DNA from: a virus
Virus record (IMG/VR): IMGVR_UViG_3300007643_000211
Location: 3,099 to 67,098 of that record
Length of the DNA: 64,000 bases
Direction: 5' to 3' (one strand)
The notes beneath the pieces are model-generated. The model saw nothing but the letters and a program-made list of their open reading frames with translations, had not been told where the DNA came from and made no database searches. A program made the translations under genes and the position numbers. Of the stretch, positions 1 through 9,599 are shown piece after piece (the first letter of the stretch is position 1; each line of letters starts with the position of its first letter).

Positions 1-868
1 CGGCCCAGCGTTTGACAACGTCCGTGGTGTCATCAGTTGAGGCATCATCGACCACCAGGATCTCTTCGGGTCGTCGACTTTGATGAACGACACTTTTCAG
101 GCAATCGTCCAAATAGTGCGCGTAGTTATGGCACGGGATCACGACAGCGACTGACGTCGTCCTGGGAGGGATTCGTTGCGAGCTTGTTTTCGCACTCTTC
201 CGACACCAGAGTGCCACAGCGGTCGCTTCTTCGGTCAGCAGTTCGACATCCCGCCAACCACAGTCGCTCAGCATGCGGATCAGTTCAGATCGTGCCGGTC
301 GAAACGAGCGTGAGCGAATTCCTCCGATTTGGTCAGCTGGGTTTTCATTCACGAACCGCCCGGAGTAGCCGCCTTGCTCCACGTCGCCGTCATCTACCAC
401 ATAGGTCCAGAGCAGCATCTCTGGAGCAATCACTGCCAGTTGCCTCAGCAGTTTGGCTGGATCGGCCATGTGATACAGCAGACCGACATTATGAATCGCG
501 TCAAATTTTCCCAGCGACTCCAGATCACAGGATTCGAGATCCATCTCCAGGAACGTGGCGTTGTGAACATTTCGTTGCTGCTGAATAAATCGCGCCCGCT
601 GGAGATGCTCTCTGCGGACATCAACACCGACCACATGGCCGACACGCCGGGCCAATGAGAATGTGCGGCCGCCTTCCATACAGCCCAGTTCTAGGACGCG
701 ATCGGCATATGGCAGCCGTTCCCGAAACTGACGCAACAGCAGTTCGTTTTCGCTGACCTCGTAAGATCCGCCTATCGTTTTGCCGTTCAGCTGGAATCGA
801 GTCGTCCAAGGACCAAGACGATCGATTTCTCGCAGCAAATCTGAATCTTCAGTAACAAGTTTCGTCAT
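1..868 (-). CDS. Class I SAM-dependent methyltransferase fused to GT2 glycosyltransferase (partial, runs off left edge; missing from ORF track)
   Basis: Manual translation from ATG 868: RVLELGCMEGG (motif I), FDAIHNVGLLYH, then VAVVIPCHNY...EILVVDDASTDDT (GT2 N-terminus); ATGA overlap with sulfotransferase stop. Confidence 0.85.
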   Translation of the reverse strand, partial: MTKLVTEDSDLLREIDRLGPWTTRFQLNGKTIGGSYEVSENELLLRQFRERLPYADRVLELGCMEGGRTFSLARRVGHVVGVDVRREHLQRARFIQQQRNVHNATFLEMDLESCDLESLGKFDAIHNVGLLYHMADPAKLLRQLAVIAPEMLLWTYVVDDGDVEQGGYSGRFVNENPADQIGGIRSRSFRPARSELIRMLSDCGWRDVELLTEEATAVALWCRKSAKTSSQRIPPRTTSVAVVIPCHNYAHYLDDCLKSVVHQSRRPEEILVVDDASTDDTTDVVKRWA

Positions 869-1590
869 GGCATAAACCTGTAAGGGCTGTCGGCAACATC
901 GGACCAATTGGAGATGACATTCGAGAGTGGTCGCGTTTCATTCTTGGCGACCATCTGTTCAATCCTTCGCACAGTCACTCCGAGAAATCTCTGACACTCA
1001 GTAATTGCGTCATTCCAGGAATCGCAAAGGGATTCATACGTGATCGAGAGAATTGCATGGCTTTTCAGATCACTCAGTCGCCATTCGAACAGCGAGCGAT
1101 TCCATTCATGGAACCAACGGAGTGCCTCCGGGTCGACATAAACCTGAGGACGCTGGGCCAGTTTCTGCTGAGGTCCCCACATCCCGGTGACCTGAGCGAT
1201 TTTCCAGGATGCGAACTGGGCCAGAATGTCCAGTCGGCGCAAATGGATAATTCTGATCGTTGTGTCTGCGGAAAGGGCCTCCCAGGCAGGTTCCCAATCT
1301 CGCCAGTCCGCATACTTTCGATCCGGTTGAAACGCATGCACATTGAAGCCGACGGCTTTGGCTTTCGGGTGAGTCAAAGCCTTTCTCAAACGCTGGTTAC
1401 CTTCCTGAGGCAACTTGTGACCGTGAATGTGATTGAGAATCTCCCGATGCATGAAGATGTCGGAATGCTGACGCAGAGACGTGTTCAGCAAACTGGATCC
1501 CGTCCGCGGTTGGCAAAGAATAACAAATCTCGTTTGCTCCGATCTTGATGGCTGCTTCAATGCATTGGCGAGCGCGAACTGACTCATCAT
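865..1590 (-). CDS. Stf0-like sulfotransferase
   Basis: PAPS-binding motif FVILCQPRTGSSLL...HREIL; IIHLRRLDILAQFASW typical of the Stf0 family. Confidence 0.85.
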   Translation of the reverse strand: MMSQFALANALKQPSRSEQTRFVILCQPRTGSSLLNTSLRQHSDIFMHREILNHIHGHKLPQEGNQRLRKALTHPKAKAVGFNVHAFQPDRKYADWRDWEPAWEALSADTTIRIIHLRRLDILAQFASWKIAQVTGMWGPQQKLAQRPQVYVDPEALRWFHEWNRSLFEWRLSDLKSHAILSITYESLCDSWNDAITECQRFLGVTVRRIEQMVAKNETRPLSNVISNWSDVADSPYRFMP

Positions 1591-1595
1591 CAGCC

Positions 1596-2246
1596 CTATT
1601 CAATAAACTGAGCCGTTGGCCGTTGAGAATGCCCCGAGTCAGATTGTGTCCAGAAGAAGACAGTCAGCGTTTTCCGTGTTTCAGGTCCGGTGACTTCCGA
1701 GACCGCGTGATAAGAAACGTCGGATGGCTGAAACAAAACCAGTTGATTGAACTTGGGAGTAATTCCTTTTTCACAATGAGCGCCAGTCGCGCCATACAGT
1801 TCGAACTGGCCACCCCAGTCCTGCTCCCAATGACTATTGAGATAGAACACCGCGTTGCAGGCTCGTCGCCAACCGGTATTCGGGTGATGGTCACTGTCGA
1901 GATGTATTCCCAGCGAACTTCCAGGCGGCATCCCATGCAGTCCGGAAGCGTGGCAGTTCCAGTCTCCGAACGCGTCGCTGACTCCCATCAGTTCCGAAAT
2001 GGGCAGACAAAGCATTCTGCGAATCAATTCGCTGCAGGCGGGTGGAATCCGCAGCGGATCCTTGGTGGTCAGTTTGCCGTTGTCATAGCGGTGCCAGAAC
2101 GGCCAATGCTCGTCGGGCCATTCCGAATCGGCAGCGCGCACCAACTCAGGTGGCGCCCAGTTCTCGATGATCTCATGACGAAACGGTCGATCAAAAAACC
2201 AGTCGTCGAAATCAGTGCGTTCACTCATTGCGGTAATCGTGGACAT
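1596..2246 (-). CDS. 2OG-Fe(II) oxygenase (prolyl-hydroxylase-like)
   Basis: HLD...YLN..W..DWGGQFELY...SYHAV...RKTL: HxD..H iron triad and 2OG-binding Arg. Confidence 0.88.
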   Translation of the reverse strand: MSTITAMSERTDFDDWFFDRPFRHEIIENWAPPELVRAADSEWPDEHWPFWHRYDNGKLTTKDPLRIPPACSELIRRMLCLPISELMGVSDAFGDWNCHASGLHGMPPGSSLGIHLDSDHHPNTGWRRACNAVFYLNSHWEQDWGGQFELYGATGAHCEKGITPKFNQLVLFQPSDVSYHAVSEVTGPETRKTLTVFFWTQSDSGHSQRPTAQFIE

Positions 2247-2865
2247 ATTTGTAGCGCTCAGGATCAGGAATAGTTCCGCCGGCGACTGAGACGATCGATG
2301 GAACAGTCACCAGGGCATAACCCGCCGCCAGCATGCGACGGGAGAGATCAACATCACAAAACTCAAACGGAAACCGGTGGGAGAACCCGATTTTACGGAG
2401 TGTTTCGGTCCGTGCTGACCAGACGCCGCCCTGAACATGTATTTGCGGTTCAGTGATGTCTTCGGGAACTGCGGCGACTCGGTTGAACTCACAGGGATGA
2501 ACATGCCCTGCCAGGCCAACCTGCGGTTCAACCAGGGGAGCGATCAGATCCTTGATCCAGGTCGGATCGTTTTGCATTCCATGCGACGCACAGAGATAAA
2601 CGAATGCGTCACAGCTTGCCTGCTGAACCGCTGTCGTCAGACCACCACCGATGTAGATGTTGTATCCCTCATTCCAGAGGTAACGGACCCGTTGATCGCC
2701 GTTTGGGATTTGCTGGGCTTCTCTGGAGGGAGTTGGCCCATTGTCAATGATCAGCAGTTCCCCGGACAGTTTGCACGCCTCCAGAGCAGTGAGACTCTGC
2801 TGCAGGATTCGCCCGGTGATCGACCAGTTCGGTTCATGAATAACAGTGGCCAATGAGACGTTCAT
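2221..2865 (-). CDS. GT-A fold (GT2-like) glycosyltransferase
   Basis: LLIIDNG, GGVWSARTE, EFCDVDLSRRMLAAGY pattern. Confidence 0.75.
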   Translation of the reverse strand: MNVSLATVIHEPNWSITGRILQQSLTALEACKLSGELLIIDNGPTPSREAQQIPNGDQRVRYLWNEGYNIYIGGGLTTAVQQASCDAFVYLCASHGMQNDPTWIKDLIAPLVEPQVGLAGHVHPCEFNRVAAVPEDITEPQIHVQGGVWSARTETLRKIGFSHRFPFEFCDVDLSRRMLAAGYALVTVPSIVSVAGGTIPDPERYKYVHDYRNE

Positions 2866-5069
2866 TCATCCTCTATCTGTGGTGAGTACATGTCCGGGTT
2901 GTAAACATCTTCCAGACCGTCGTAGGCCACGCAGGCGGACTGTTCGAAATCGAACATTCGCCCCGGCCAGGCCTCGGCACCCCAACCCGTCGGTTGCCAG
3001 ACGTCCCGCCACTTCGGGGTTGCGAACACATCGGCGTTGCGGAACCAGAAAAACGTCCCTGCAAAATGCCAGGAGGAAGACGACTGGCCATCTGGATAGA
3101 TGCGATGATTCTCGTTGTGTTGTCGGCGATGCGTTCCGACGATCGCGGAATCGATCACCAGTTCATCGATCCGGGACCAGTCATCCAGGAGTTCGTGATA
3201 CATGGCATTTCGCCAGTAGCGGGAACCTTTGGGATCTCCAAGACAACAGACGTCTTTGCCGACTCCTTTTGCGTGCGCGTAGAACGTGGCCGTGTGCGGA
3301 TTGGGATCAGCAACAGACTCCAGCAACGGTAAAAATGTCGCATTCTCTCTCAGTTGCGCTGAGTTGGGGCGAGTGATGATTTCGACTTGGTGAATTCCAA
3401 ACGCAGCCTGAACCTGATCGGGATCAACCAGACCCTCACCAGTGGCAACGGCGATGACGCGTTTGCCGTTGAACAACTCGATCCGCTTGAGGAGTTGACG
3501 CACATTCCGCAGCCAGATGTCATTCGAGGCAAACGGCGTGATGTGATAGATCAGATTTCGCGTCGTGATCCCGCTTCTAGGTTGGGGAATGTTCTGCAGA
3601 TGCTGACATTCACATGTCCAGTCAACGAGTCGCTTCCAGTGATCGCCAATCGTGCGGAAGAACCGGACATCGAAACAGGACTCTCCGGGTGGCAGACAGA
3701 ATGGTTGCTGTTTCAGGGCTTCTGACCGCAGAACGATGCACCCGAATCCGCTGCCCCTGATCTCTTGTACTTGCGGTCGATCAACCAATGGTCGGCAGAG
3801 TTGATGGACTCCAGCAGATCCCTGTCGCTCACGAGACCAGACGAGATAACGCCCATCAAAGCGAGACCGATACGGTGCTGAGACTGATGCGACATTTTCA
3901 TCAAATGACTTCAGCAACCGCGAAAGCACATCAACGGGCGGAACAATGTCATCTTCCAGAATCCAGACTTGATCGGTTGTCAGTTCCTCGCGAAGGCGAC
4001 CATAGATCTGACACATCCGCTCATTCACTTTAATCAGTTGGTGATTGCGCGGCTGATCTCCCAGTCCTGGTCTGTCCGATGGAAGACAGATATGACGTAC
4101 GTCAGGAAAGTCGCACGTCGCAATCCACGTTCGGACGACTTGTGAAAACGACTCGTCGTTACTTGTATCGCACAGAATTAGTTTCAGCTGTTGGCGTGGC
4201 CAGGTCTGCTTTTCCAGAAAATTCGCCAGTTTTGGCCAGAGATGTTTTCTTCCGGACAATGGAATAAACAGCGTGACGGTTTCCTGTGCGAGATGTTGGC
4301 GCTGGAAATACGCCTCGATTCGGGTGCTGTTGAGATGAACGATTCCTGGATGTTTACGGAGTCGCCATCCCGATCGGGACAATTGACGCAGCAGGCCATC
4401 CAGTGGCCCGCCCGGATAATTCACGGCACTGAGGGCTTCTCGACTGACCAGAATCGTCGGTGCAGCGATTCCCGATCGGGACAATCCACTGGCGGAGAGT
4501 TCGTCTGGATAATTCGTTTTCGCTCCAGAACTGACCAGTTCATGGTCAGAATAGACTGCGCCGACTCCACCTTTATTGATCGTTTCTGAGGCGAATCTCA
4601 ACCAGTCCGGGCCGAGCAACGTGTTCGGTGAAACCAGACACACCAGGTTTTGCCCTGCATCGAGGGGGCATTTCGCAATGCGGACATTGCGTTGCCGATA
4701 TCTTTTGAGAACTTTACGCAGACGGCGATTCGTTGTGCCAGTGATTAGGATTTCCGCTGGTTGTTGACTGAGCAGATTGACCAGCAATGGTTCGATTGCC
4801 TCTACGCTGGCATTTTCGATGACGACTGACACTGGTGGAGTTGGATTCGCAACCGGTTCTGCGATAGGAACAGATTGAGCAGCCGGAAGTTCGGTCTCGT
4901 TGCTCAGCAATTGCAGAATATCTGGTTTCAGTTGCTGTAACTGCTGGCGTAATTCAGCAGTGAGCTTTCGACGAGGAGCGTAAGCAATGCTGTCTCCGCG
5001 TCGCTGGATCTGAATGCCACGCTGATCAAGTTCCTGGAGTAACTCGACAGCGTTCACACCGTTCCCCAT
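2862..5069 (-). CDS. Multi-domain glycosyltransferase with TubC-N-like N-terminal domain
   Basis: N-terminal LLQELDQRGIQI...LQQLKPDILQLL; central GT2-like unit (ILCDTS, WILEDDIVPP, GSGFGC); C-terminal YAHAKG...HFAGTFFW unit like viral glycosyltransferase domains. Confidence 0.7.
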   Translation of the reverse strand: MGNGVNAVELLQELDQRGIQIQRRGDSIAYAPRRKLTAELRQQLQQLKPDILQLLSNETELPAAQSVPIAEPVANPTPPVSVVIENASVEAIEPLLVNLLSQQPAEILITGTTNRRLRKVLKRYRQRNVRIAKCPLDAGQNLVCLVSPNTLLGPDWLRFASETINKGGVGAVYSDHELVSSGAKTNYPDELSASGLSRSGIAAPTILVSREALSAVNYPGGPLDGLLRQLSRSGWRLRKHPGIVHLNSTRIEAYFQRQHLAQETVTLFIPLSGRKHLWPKLANFLEKQTWPRQQLKLILCDTSNDESFSQVVRTWIATCDFPDVRHICLPSDRPGLGDQPRNHQLIKVNERMCQIYGRLREELTTDQVWILEDDIVPPVDVLSRLLKSFDENVASVSAPYRSRFDGRYLVWSRERQGSAGVHQLCRPLVDRPQVQEIRGSGFGCIVLRSEALKQQPFCLPPGESCFDVRFFRTIGDHWKRLVDWTCECQHLQNIPQPRSGITTRNLIYHITPFASNDIWLRNVRQLLKRIELFNGKRVIAVATGEGLVDPDQVQAAFGIHQVEIITRPNSAQLRENATFLPLLESVADPNPHTATFYAHAKGVGKDVCCLGDPKGSRYWRNAMYHELLDDWSRIDELVIDSAIVGTHRRQHNENHRIYPDGQSSSSWHFAGTFFWFRNADVFATPKWRDVWQPTGWGAEAWPGRMFDFEQSACVAYDGLEDVYNPDMYSPQIEDE

Positions 5070-5662
5070 TGGTTGCCATCGCTCAGGTTGCTGATCCGAA
5101 CCAGTCCCCAGCGGAGGTTGCCGTAATACCCGTAACCGTTTCCATAACCGCCGTAGCCACCAGCACCAGGCGGTTCTTTCCAGAGAATGAACGCGCTCCC
5201 GGCGTCATCAGTTTTCAGGGAATCGGTCTCATCCTGTTCGACGTCCGCCCATTCATGTTCCTCGTCCAGAACATTCAGCTGAATGGGCGTAATTCCGCTC
5301 AGCAGTCCGCGACCAATCATCCCGGCTCGAAGTGGCTCCTGCAGCACGATGAATCTACCATAGTGCTCGGCCTCGTCAGGTTTGACGCCGATGAATGCCA
5401 ACTGATTCTGAAAGCTGAGCAGATTCTCCGATGGCAGAATGATCGGGCGATCGATCCCCAGAACTTCGAAACGGCTGAGATCATCACCAGAGCCGTTTTT
5501 GACCAGAACAATTCCAGATTGGTGAAGTTCTGGCTGATGTTGAGTTCCTCGATTCTGCGTTCGTGCCCGAAAGTCTTTGGCGGCATCGATGAAGGTGTTG
5601 AATGTCTCCGCCGAGATGCGGAGCGGATCACCACGCTGAACTTTCTTGAACGGGTCTCCCAT
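5054..5662 (-). CDS. Putative tail-tip/minor tail protein
   Basis: Position downstream of tape measure, coupled to neighbours; no recognised motif. Confidence 0.45.
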   Translation of the reverse strand: MGDPFKKVQRGDPLRISAETFNTFIDAAKDFRARTQNRGTQHQPELHQSGIVLVKNGSGDDLSRFEVLGIDRPIILPSENLLSFQNQLAFIGVKPDEAEHYGRFIVLQEPLRAGMIGRGLLSGITPIQLNVLDEEHEWADVEQDETDSLKTDDAGSAFILWKEPPGAGGYGGYGNGYGYYGNLRWGLVRISNLSDGNQWGTV

Positions 5663-5665
5663 CTG

Positions 5666-6463
5666 TTAGACCCCGATTCCAAGTCCCGCGAAGTTCGTAT
5701 AGGGATAGACCTGCTCGACGTAGACCGAGAGCGGGCGTTTCACCAGCATCTTGGCATCGGGATCTTCGACATCGGCATACCGAATCCAGAGATAATCCCA
5801 GCCTCGTTTCACGATGCCCGTGATGTCGCCAACCTGCAGTCCCTGAACGTTGGGGCTGGCTGCAAACCGATACGAGATTTCCCAGTCGTCCTGGCCTCGC
5901 AGTGATCCGGCAGCGCCCAGGAACAGAACTTCTCCGGATGCAAACCCGCGAAATGGCCCGTTGTTGACGGTCCCTGTCAGGTAAAACAGAGTCGCTTTGT
6001 AAGCGCCTGTCACCAACGCGGCGTCGATATAATGCGTTTCGCTGAAGTTGTAGACCGGAACGGTGATGTCGACGCCTTCGACACCATCCTTGGTGACACC
6101 GATTCCACCACGGAAGTTGGGAGGAACAACTCCCGGTGCGGCCCAGACGCCGGTGGTCGCGAGCGACTGTGTGGCATGTTGCGTGCCGCCACCCGTATCG
6201 AACGAGTAAGTCGAATCGCCCGTTTGTGGAGGTTCAGTGCGTCCGTAACGGATCGAGCCTTCCCAGGCATCGTCGGCCAGTCTTTCGAGATGAGTCGATT
6301 GCCGAACCAGTCCTGCATAAATGTTCGGCGTTTGTGCGATCAGTTCGCTGTGCGCCTCGATGTCGTCGGTCGTGCCGAGAACGAGAAAACGCAGATCAAC
6401 CGAAGGCTGGTCCCCAGCCGACTGTTCGCGCGAATCCCACTTCTCGGTAACGATGACAGACAT
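5666..6463 (-). CDS. Putative distal tail protein
   Basis: Immediately downstream of tape measure gene; beta-rich composition. Confidence 0.5.
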   Translation of the reverse strand: MSVIVTEKWDSREQSAGDQPSVDLRFLVLGTTDDIEAHSELIAQTPNIYAGLVRQSTHLERLADDAWEGSIRYGRTEPPQTGDSTYSFDTGGGTQHATQSLATTGVWAAPGVVPPNFRGGIGVTKDGVEGVDITVPVYNFSETHYIDAALVTGAYKATLFYLTGTVNNGPFRGFASGEVLFLGAAGSLRGQDDWEISYRFAASPNVQGLQVGDITGIVKRGWDYLWIRYADVEDPDAKMLVKRPLSVYVEQVYPYTNFAGLGIGV

Positions 6464-6465
6464 GA

Positions 6466-8805
6466 TTATGTGAACTGCAAACCACCATGGTGCGCTTCAT
6501 CCAGCAGTCGCTTCGTGTTTCGGGCAGTCTCTTCCGTTGCATTGGCGGTCCGTTCTTGATGCGAGCCTGCTCCCATTCCACGGACTCCGAAAGCGTTGAA
6601 TGTTCCGCTAACGCTCACCTTGTCCGCTGCCTGTTGCAGTCCGGCACCGGCATCAGCCAGTTTCTCCTGGAGTTCATTCAATAGACCGGAAGGACTTGTT
6701 CCGGCAACATTGTCGTTCGTCTCTGCTGCCGACCGTTTCCGCGAGGCCTCTTCCAAAGCTGCCTGCCATTCACGACGTGCTTCCGCCAGTGCAGCATCAG
6801 AACTCTGCAACTCAGCTGCAAATTGCTGGGCGTGTCGTTGATGCTCGGCATCGCGCATCTGCTGGAGTTCGGAGAGTGTTCCTGAACGATCGCTGTCGAT
6901 CTGTGACAAACGGGAACGGCGCTGCTGCTCCCGTTCAAAGACCGCCTGATTCCGTTGGGCGTCGGCATTGTCGTTCTTGCCTGCAACCTCCTGGTTGATA
7001 CGAGTCACTTCCGCTTCGGCATCAATCTCCGAATCAAACAGTGATTTGAGCCTCACCCACGCTTTGCGGATGAACCCGACCGCTGTGTTCCAGGTTTTGT
7101 CAGACCGGTCGTGAACAGCGCCCAGGCATCGGCCAGGAAATCGACCGTCTCGGCCCAGCCTGCCTGCAACCCAGCCCAGGCATTCGTGGCGACTTCCGCA
7201 GCACCGTAAACCGCCTCGGTCCAGACCGCGACGAAGAATCGCTTCACTTCGACCCACAGCTGGTTGAGGGTATTGATTCCCTTTCTGCCATTCCATTTTT
7301 AGTGTGAGCCACAGAATCCGAGCGGCCAGACCGAGGTCTCCTGCCGCCAGGGCATCACCAATTCCACCGAACGCCTGAATGGCAGTTGATTTCAGAGCCT
7401 GAAACTGCTTCCCTAGCCAGTCGAGTGCCTGACTTCCGAGATCAGACGTGTTGATCAGATAAACCGCGATCGCGCCGATCCCGGCAAGAACCAGCCAAAT
7501 TGGTGACAACAAGGCTCCGAGCAGGGAAGCAACTGTACCAATCATCGTGGCCAAACCACCGAATCCGAAGGCGACGAGTTGAATCGTGCCACCCAGGCCG
7601 ATCAAAGCGACACCAGCAGCTAACAACCCGGCAATGATTCCAACTGTGGACAGCACAACCTGCTTGTTTTCGCCGACCCAGGTTCCCAATGCGGACAGAA
7701 ACGAGGTGACACCACGGACAGCCGACCGCAATTCCGTACCGAACGCTTCCCCGACGGCAATCGCCACACCTTCCAGTGCTGACATTAATATTGTCACGTC
7801 GCCTTTGAGCGTATCGAGTTGCGTCCCGGCGATATCGGAAGCTGTCCCGGTGGCATCTCCGAGTTTGGCGGTCGCGTCTCGCAGGCGTTCCGCACCTTGG
7901 GAAACCAGTTCCGCAGCACCTGCTGCTTGTCGGGCTGGAAAGATCGTGCCGAGCACTCGCAGTTTCTCACCGGAACCGACACCAGAAAGTGCACCTTCCA
8001 AGTCGGCCAGAATATCTGCCAGCGATCGGACGTTGCCGGCTTCATCGGTGATTCGGACTCCAAGTCGTTTCAATTCCGATTCGGCAGCTGCAGACGGTGA
8101 GGTCAGCGACAGCAGAATTCCCCGCAGCGTGGAACCCGCCATTTCCCCCTGAATGCCGGCATTCGAAAGCAACTGAATTGCGGCAGTGATTTCTTCGAGG
8201 GAGATTCCAGCAGACTTCGCCATCGGTCCGACGAACTTAAACGCATCACCCAGCATCGTCAGATCGGTATTGGCGGTCGTCATCGCTTTCGCCATGACGT
8301 CGACCGCTCCACCGAGCTTTTCGGCAGATAGGCCCATCCCGGCCATGATCTTGGCGGCGATGTCGGCAGCCTGGCCAATCTCGATTTGTCCAGCAGCGGC
8401 CAGATCCAGTGTCGGGCCAATCGCTGAGAGAATCTGGTCAACGTCGAATCCGGCCAGTGCGAACGAACTCATCGCTTCAGCCGCCTGACTGGCTGAGAAA
8501 ACTGTTGTCGCTCCGAGACGCTTGGCTTCCTTTTCCAGGCGAGTGAATTGGCTCTCGGTGGCTCCGGTCAACGCTTTGACACGGGCCATCTGCGATTCAA
8601 AGTTCGCGAAAGTCTTCGCAGACAGGGCAAAAGGAACGGCCGCAAGGCTCCCCACAGAGAGCAGCCTGCGACCGAACTGTTGAATCGACCTACCGAACGC
8701 CTTTAGTTTTGCCTGGGCTCGGCGCAGCCCGCGAACGAGTTTCGAGTCGTCGGCAAACAACTCGACATAAGCTCTGGCGGCCTTAATTGCACCGACAGCG
8801 GGCAC
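6466..8805 (-). CDS. Tail tape measure protein (TP901-type core), with an internal ~62-codon out-of-frame segment
   Basis: FESQMARVKALTGAT...LGATTVFSASQAAEAM...LDLAAAG; ANTDLTMLGDAFKFVGP; Ala/Leu-rich helical repeats. Confidence 0.92.
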   Translation of the reverse strand: MPAVGAIKAARAYVELFADDSKLVRGLRRAQAKLKAFGRSIQQFGRRLLSVGSLAAVPFALSAKTFANFESQMARVKALTGATESQFTRLEKEAKRLGATTVFSASQAAEAMSSFALAGFDVDQILSAIGPTLDLAAAGQIEIGQAADIAAKIMAGMGLSAEKLGGAVDVMAKAMTTANTDLTMLGDAFKFVGPMAKSAGISLEEITAAIQLLSNAGIQGEMAGSTLRGILLSLTSPSAAAESELKRLGVRITDEAGNVRSLADILADLEGALSGVGSGEKLRVLGTIFPARQAAGAAELVSQGAERLRDATAKLGDATGTASDIAGTQLDTLKGDVTILMSALEGVAIAVGEAFGTELRSAVRGVTSFLSALGTWVGENKQVVLSTVGIIAGLLAAGVALIGLGGTIQLVAFGFGGLATMIGTVASLLGALLSPIWLVLAGIGAIAVYLINTSDLGSQALDWLGKQFQALKSTAIQAFGGIGDALAAGDLGLAARILWLTLKMEWQKGNQYPQPAVGRSEAILRRGLDRGGLRCCGSRHECLGWVAGRLGRDGRFPGRCLGAVHDRSDKTWNTAVGFIRKAWVRLKSLFDSEIDAEAEVTRINQEVAGKNDNADAQRNQAVFEREQQRRSRLSQIDSDRSGTLSELQQMRDAEHQRHAQQFAAELQSSDAALAEARREWQAALEEASRKRSAAETNDNVAGTSPSGLLNELQEKLADAGAGLQQAADKVSVSGTFNAFGVRGMGAGSHQERTANATEETARNTKRLLDEAHHGGLQFT

Positions 8806-8832
8806 ACCATGTTCCTTATTGAGAAAGTGAAG

Positions 8833-9291
8833 TCAGGAGGCATTGAGAGGACGTCGATCGACGAAGACTTGCTTCAGGACTTCCACACCGACGAGAGGCT
8901 TGGATACCGAAGTCAGCGCTGGCTTCGCCTGGGAGTGAGGATGAAAATCCTTTGGTCGCGCCGCTCGCGATTTCTTCGGATCTCGGTGGCAGTTGGAGAT
9001 CAGTGCGAGGAGGGAAGCGGTATGGTTCCAGCGATCGCGAGAGACGGCGTCGGCCATCCAGCACAGTTGGCGAAGAGTCAGTGGGTGAGGATCAACGCCG
9101 ACAATACCAGCCAGATCGAAGATCAGTTTACAGACATCGACTGCAGCACGTTCTCGATTGCCTGATCGAATTCCGGACTCTCCACCGCCTGCATCGCTTT
9201 GTCGATCGTCGTCGACTGACGACGCTGGGCCGCGGTCTTCACTTTCGTGAACGCCCGCTTCAGGAGCATCCGCTTCCCTTCCTGGAAAAAA
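8833..9291 (-). CDS. Tail assembly chaperone GT extension reached by a -1 frameshift
   Basis: T-TTT-TTC slippery heptamer at 9291-9285; the -1 frame is open from there to the stop at 8833 (checked by manual translation), giving ...DLAGIVGVDPHPLTLRQLCWMADAV... Confidence 0.7.
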   Translation of the reverse strand, partial: FFPGREADAPEAGVHESEDRGPASSVDDDRQSDAGGGESGIRSGNRERAAVDVCKLIFDLAGIVGVDPHPLTLRQLCWMADAVSRDRWNHTASLLALISNCHRDPKKSRAARPKDFHPHSQAKPALTSVSKPLVGVEVLKQVFVDRRPLNAS

Positions 9292-9599
9292 TCGATCACC
9301 GCTTCAATCAGCGCATGTACCGCTCCCTCCAGAGACGTTTCATCGAGCGATTCCCCGAACTGCTCGGGCGTCATCCCCTGAGTGTCCAACTGTGGCTGTA
9401 CCAGTGCGGTCAAGACATCGAACATGACGAACACATCTTCGACCACTTTGGTGAACGTTTCGCCTCGCGCGTCAATTAGCTTGGTGAGATCGACACCAGT
9501 CACGCCTTTGACTCGTTGCAACGTGGCGACATTGACTTCGATCGTCCAGGTTTTGCCTTTCGTGTCAGTGAAGGATTTCATGATCAGACCACCATCCAT
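9123..9599 (-). CDS. Tail assembly chaperone (G-like)
   Basis: Between tail tube and tape measure; carries slippery site at VIDFF. Confidence 0.75.
   Translation of the reverse strand: MDGGLIMKSFTDTKGKTWTIEVNVATLQRVKGVTGVDLTKLIDARGETFTKVVEDVFVMFDVLTALVQPQLDTQGMTPEQFGESLDETSLEGAVHALIEAVIDFFQEGKRMLLKRAFTKVKTAAQRRQSTTIDKAMQAVESPEFDQAIENVLQSMSVN

Noticed and set aside
5130-5175. Gly-Tyr repeat (GGYGGYGNGYGYYG) in tail protein
   Set aside because: Short low-complexity linker; no functional claim supportable
5069-5905. Long plus-strand ORFs across prophage A (e.g. 37-588, 1545-2273, 5069-5905, 16727-17308, 29387-30049)
   Set aside because: Antisense shadows of well-supported minus-strand genes; no motifs
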